From Lama glama (Eukaryota), in assembly GCA_028534125.1 (NCBI GenBank), contig CM052817.1, positions 96,350,001 to 96,414,000 on the forward strand: a stretch of DNA of 64,000 nt, in the 5' to 3' direction. The position numbers and the translations under genes were made by a program. The notes under the pieces are model-generated. The model searched no databases, was not told where the DNA came from, and worked only from the letters and a program-made list of their open reading frames with translations. Of the stretch, positions 62,770-64,000 are shown in pieces (the first letter of the stretch is position 1; each line of letters starts with the position of its first letter).

Positions 62770-63420
62770 CAGGTGAGATACACCCCCTTCCCTCAAGGAA
62801 CTCATAGTTTAGTGGAGAGGACACATGCAAGCAGAAAACCTAGAATATCATCTTTACATGAAATAAAGAAGTGCCATGGCTTCTCCCAGGAAGGACTAGC
62901 ACTGCCTGCCAGGCCAAATGGGGCAAGACTGCATCTGAGGTCTGCATCTCTAATGTGTGAGGGGAAGTTTACCAGCTGGACGAAGGTGATTAAGAAGGGT
63001 GTGTGGACGCCTGGAGTCAGGGATGAGCAGAGCGTTGGGGATGGTAAGGACGTCAGCATGGAGGAAGCTTAGGCTGTATGGGGGGATGGGGGGGACAGGG
63101 GACAGAATGATGGACAATAAGACTAGGAAGTAGGTTTGAAGTAGACGCTACAAGCCCTCCTATGCTAAGCTAAGGCATTTGGAATTTACCCTACAGGCAA
63201 CAGAAAGCTAATGGAGAAAGCTTGCAGCAAAGGACAGATGACACGATCTGACGTCCTTTTTATGACAACTCTGAGAGCTATAAGGAAGGGACACTGGCCC
63301 TTCTAGAAGAGACGGGTGCAAGGAGAAGATTTAGGACGCGGGCGGTTCTCCAGGTTGTGATGACAATAGTCAGCTGAAGAAACGAGGCTGGATTCAAGAG
63401 ACACTGTGGGGGGACTTAGA
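62770..63420 (-). mobile_element. LINE-2 fragment
   Basis: 'ccctcaaggaactcatagtttagtggaga', 'gctaaggcatttggaatttaccctacaggcaacagaaagcta' and 'ggattcaagagaca'. Confidence 0.75.
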
Positions 63421-64000
63421 TGAGCAGAACTGAGCTTCGGTTAAACATTGCTGCCAATGACCATGACCCCCTCATTCCCCCGCCCCTCTAGGACTCACAG
63501 TCATCTTACAGTTCCAAGGTAACTTGCCAGGAAGCTCAGGCTCCTTTCCAGGTAAAAAGTGCTCAGTTCATTAGGGTCTAATAAGATACACAAAAGAAAG
63601 CTCATTCGTCTTCCTTCTTACACCGTGAGATTTGGGAGCGCAGACAGCAGCTGTGCTTTATCCACTCTTACCTCTCAGGGCATCTAAATACAGCATTGAA
63701 GAGAACGTATACTTTATGATGTTTTCCTGAATGAATGAATCAAAGTGAGTGACAAAAATGGCCCCCCAGTGCTGGATTGTAAAAAATGTTTAAAATAGTT
63801 GCTGGATTTTAAAATTCGTTTTTATTTTTATCTATTTTTTTTTTTTTTGAGACAGGAGAAGCAACTGGTTTAGAGTGACTGTCCAAGCCTGTGCTTTTCA
63901 GAGGTGGTGAGCTTCTGATGCTCTAAGAAAAGAGATCCATTGCCTTCTGCTGACGTTACTAAAGAAGCACTAGGTAAGCAAGCTAACAGAGACAGTTGGA

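Noticed and set aside
1..64000. CRISPR arrays, operons or a novel multi-gene system
   Set aside because: The sequence is mammalian repeat-laden non-coding DNA, with no spacer-separated repeat array and no gene-dense coding structure.

Overview
This is AT-rich mammalian non-coding DNA, either a very long intron or a gene desert. Three tRNA-Ala-derived SINEs resembling vic-1, together with the style of the young L1 3' ends, suggest a camelid genome (inference). I could not identify any intact protein-coding gene. The ORF track is explained by chance ORFs, repeat remnants, alternative frames of an RPL29 retrocopy and a 500-N assembly gap (23453-23952). Well-supported features are: a disabled, 3'-truncated RPL29 processed pseudogene inside an L2; a U2 snRNA 5' fragment fused head-to-head (inverted) to an L1 3' end within one target-site duplication; several 5'-truncated L1s and SINEs with visible TSDs; a solo ERV1/MER41-like LTR; MaLR/ERVL LTRs; hAT MITEs (MER20, MER5A, MER53); MIR/L2 relics; and microsatellites. 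Repeat family names come from my recall of consensus sequences, and boundaries without TSDs are approximate. The most unusual object is the inverted U2/L1 chimera. Weaker leads are tail-less internal L1 fragments, candidate REST, CTCF and STAT sites, candidate exons and a candidate recursive splice site. I see no sequence evidence for a new multi-gene biological system.
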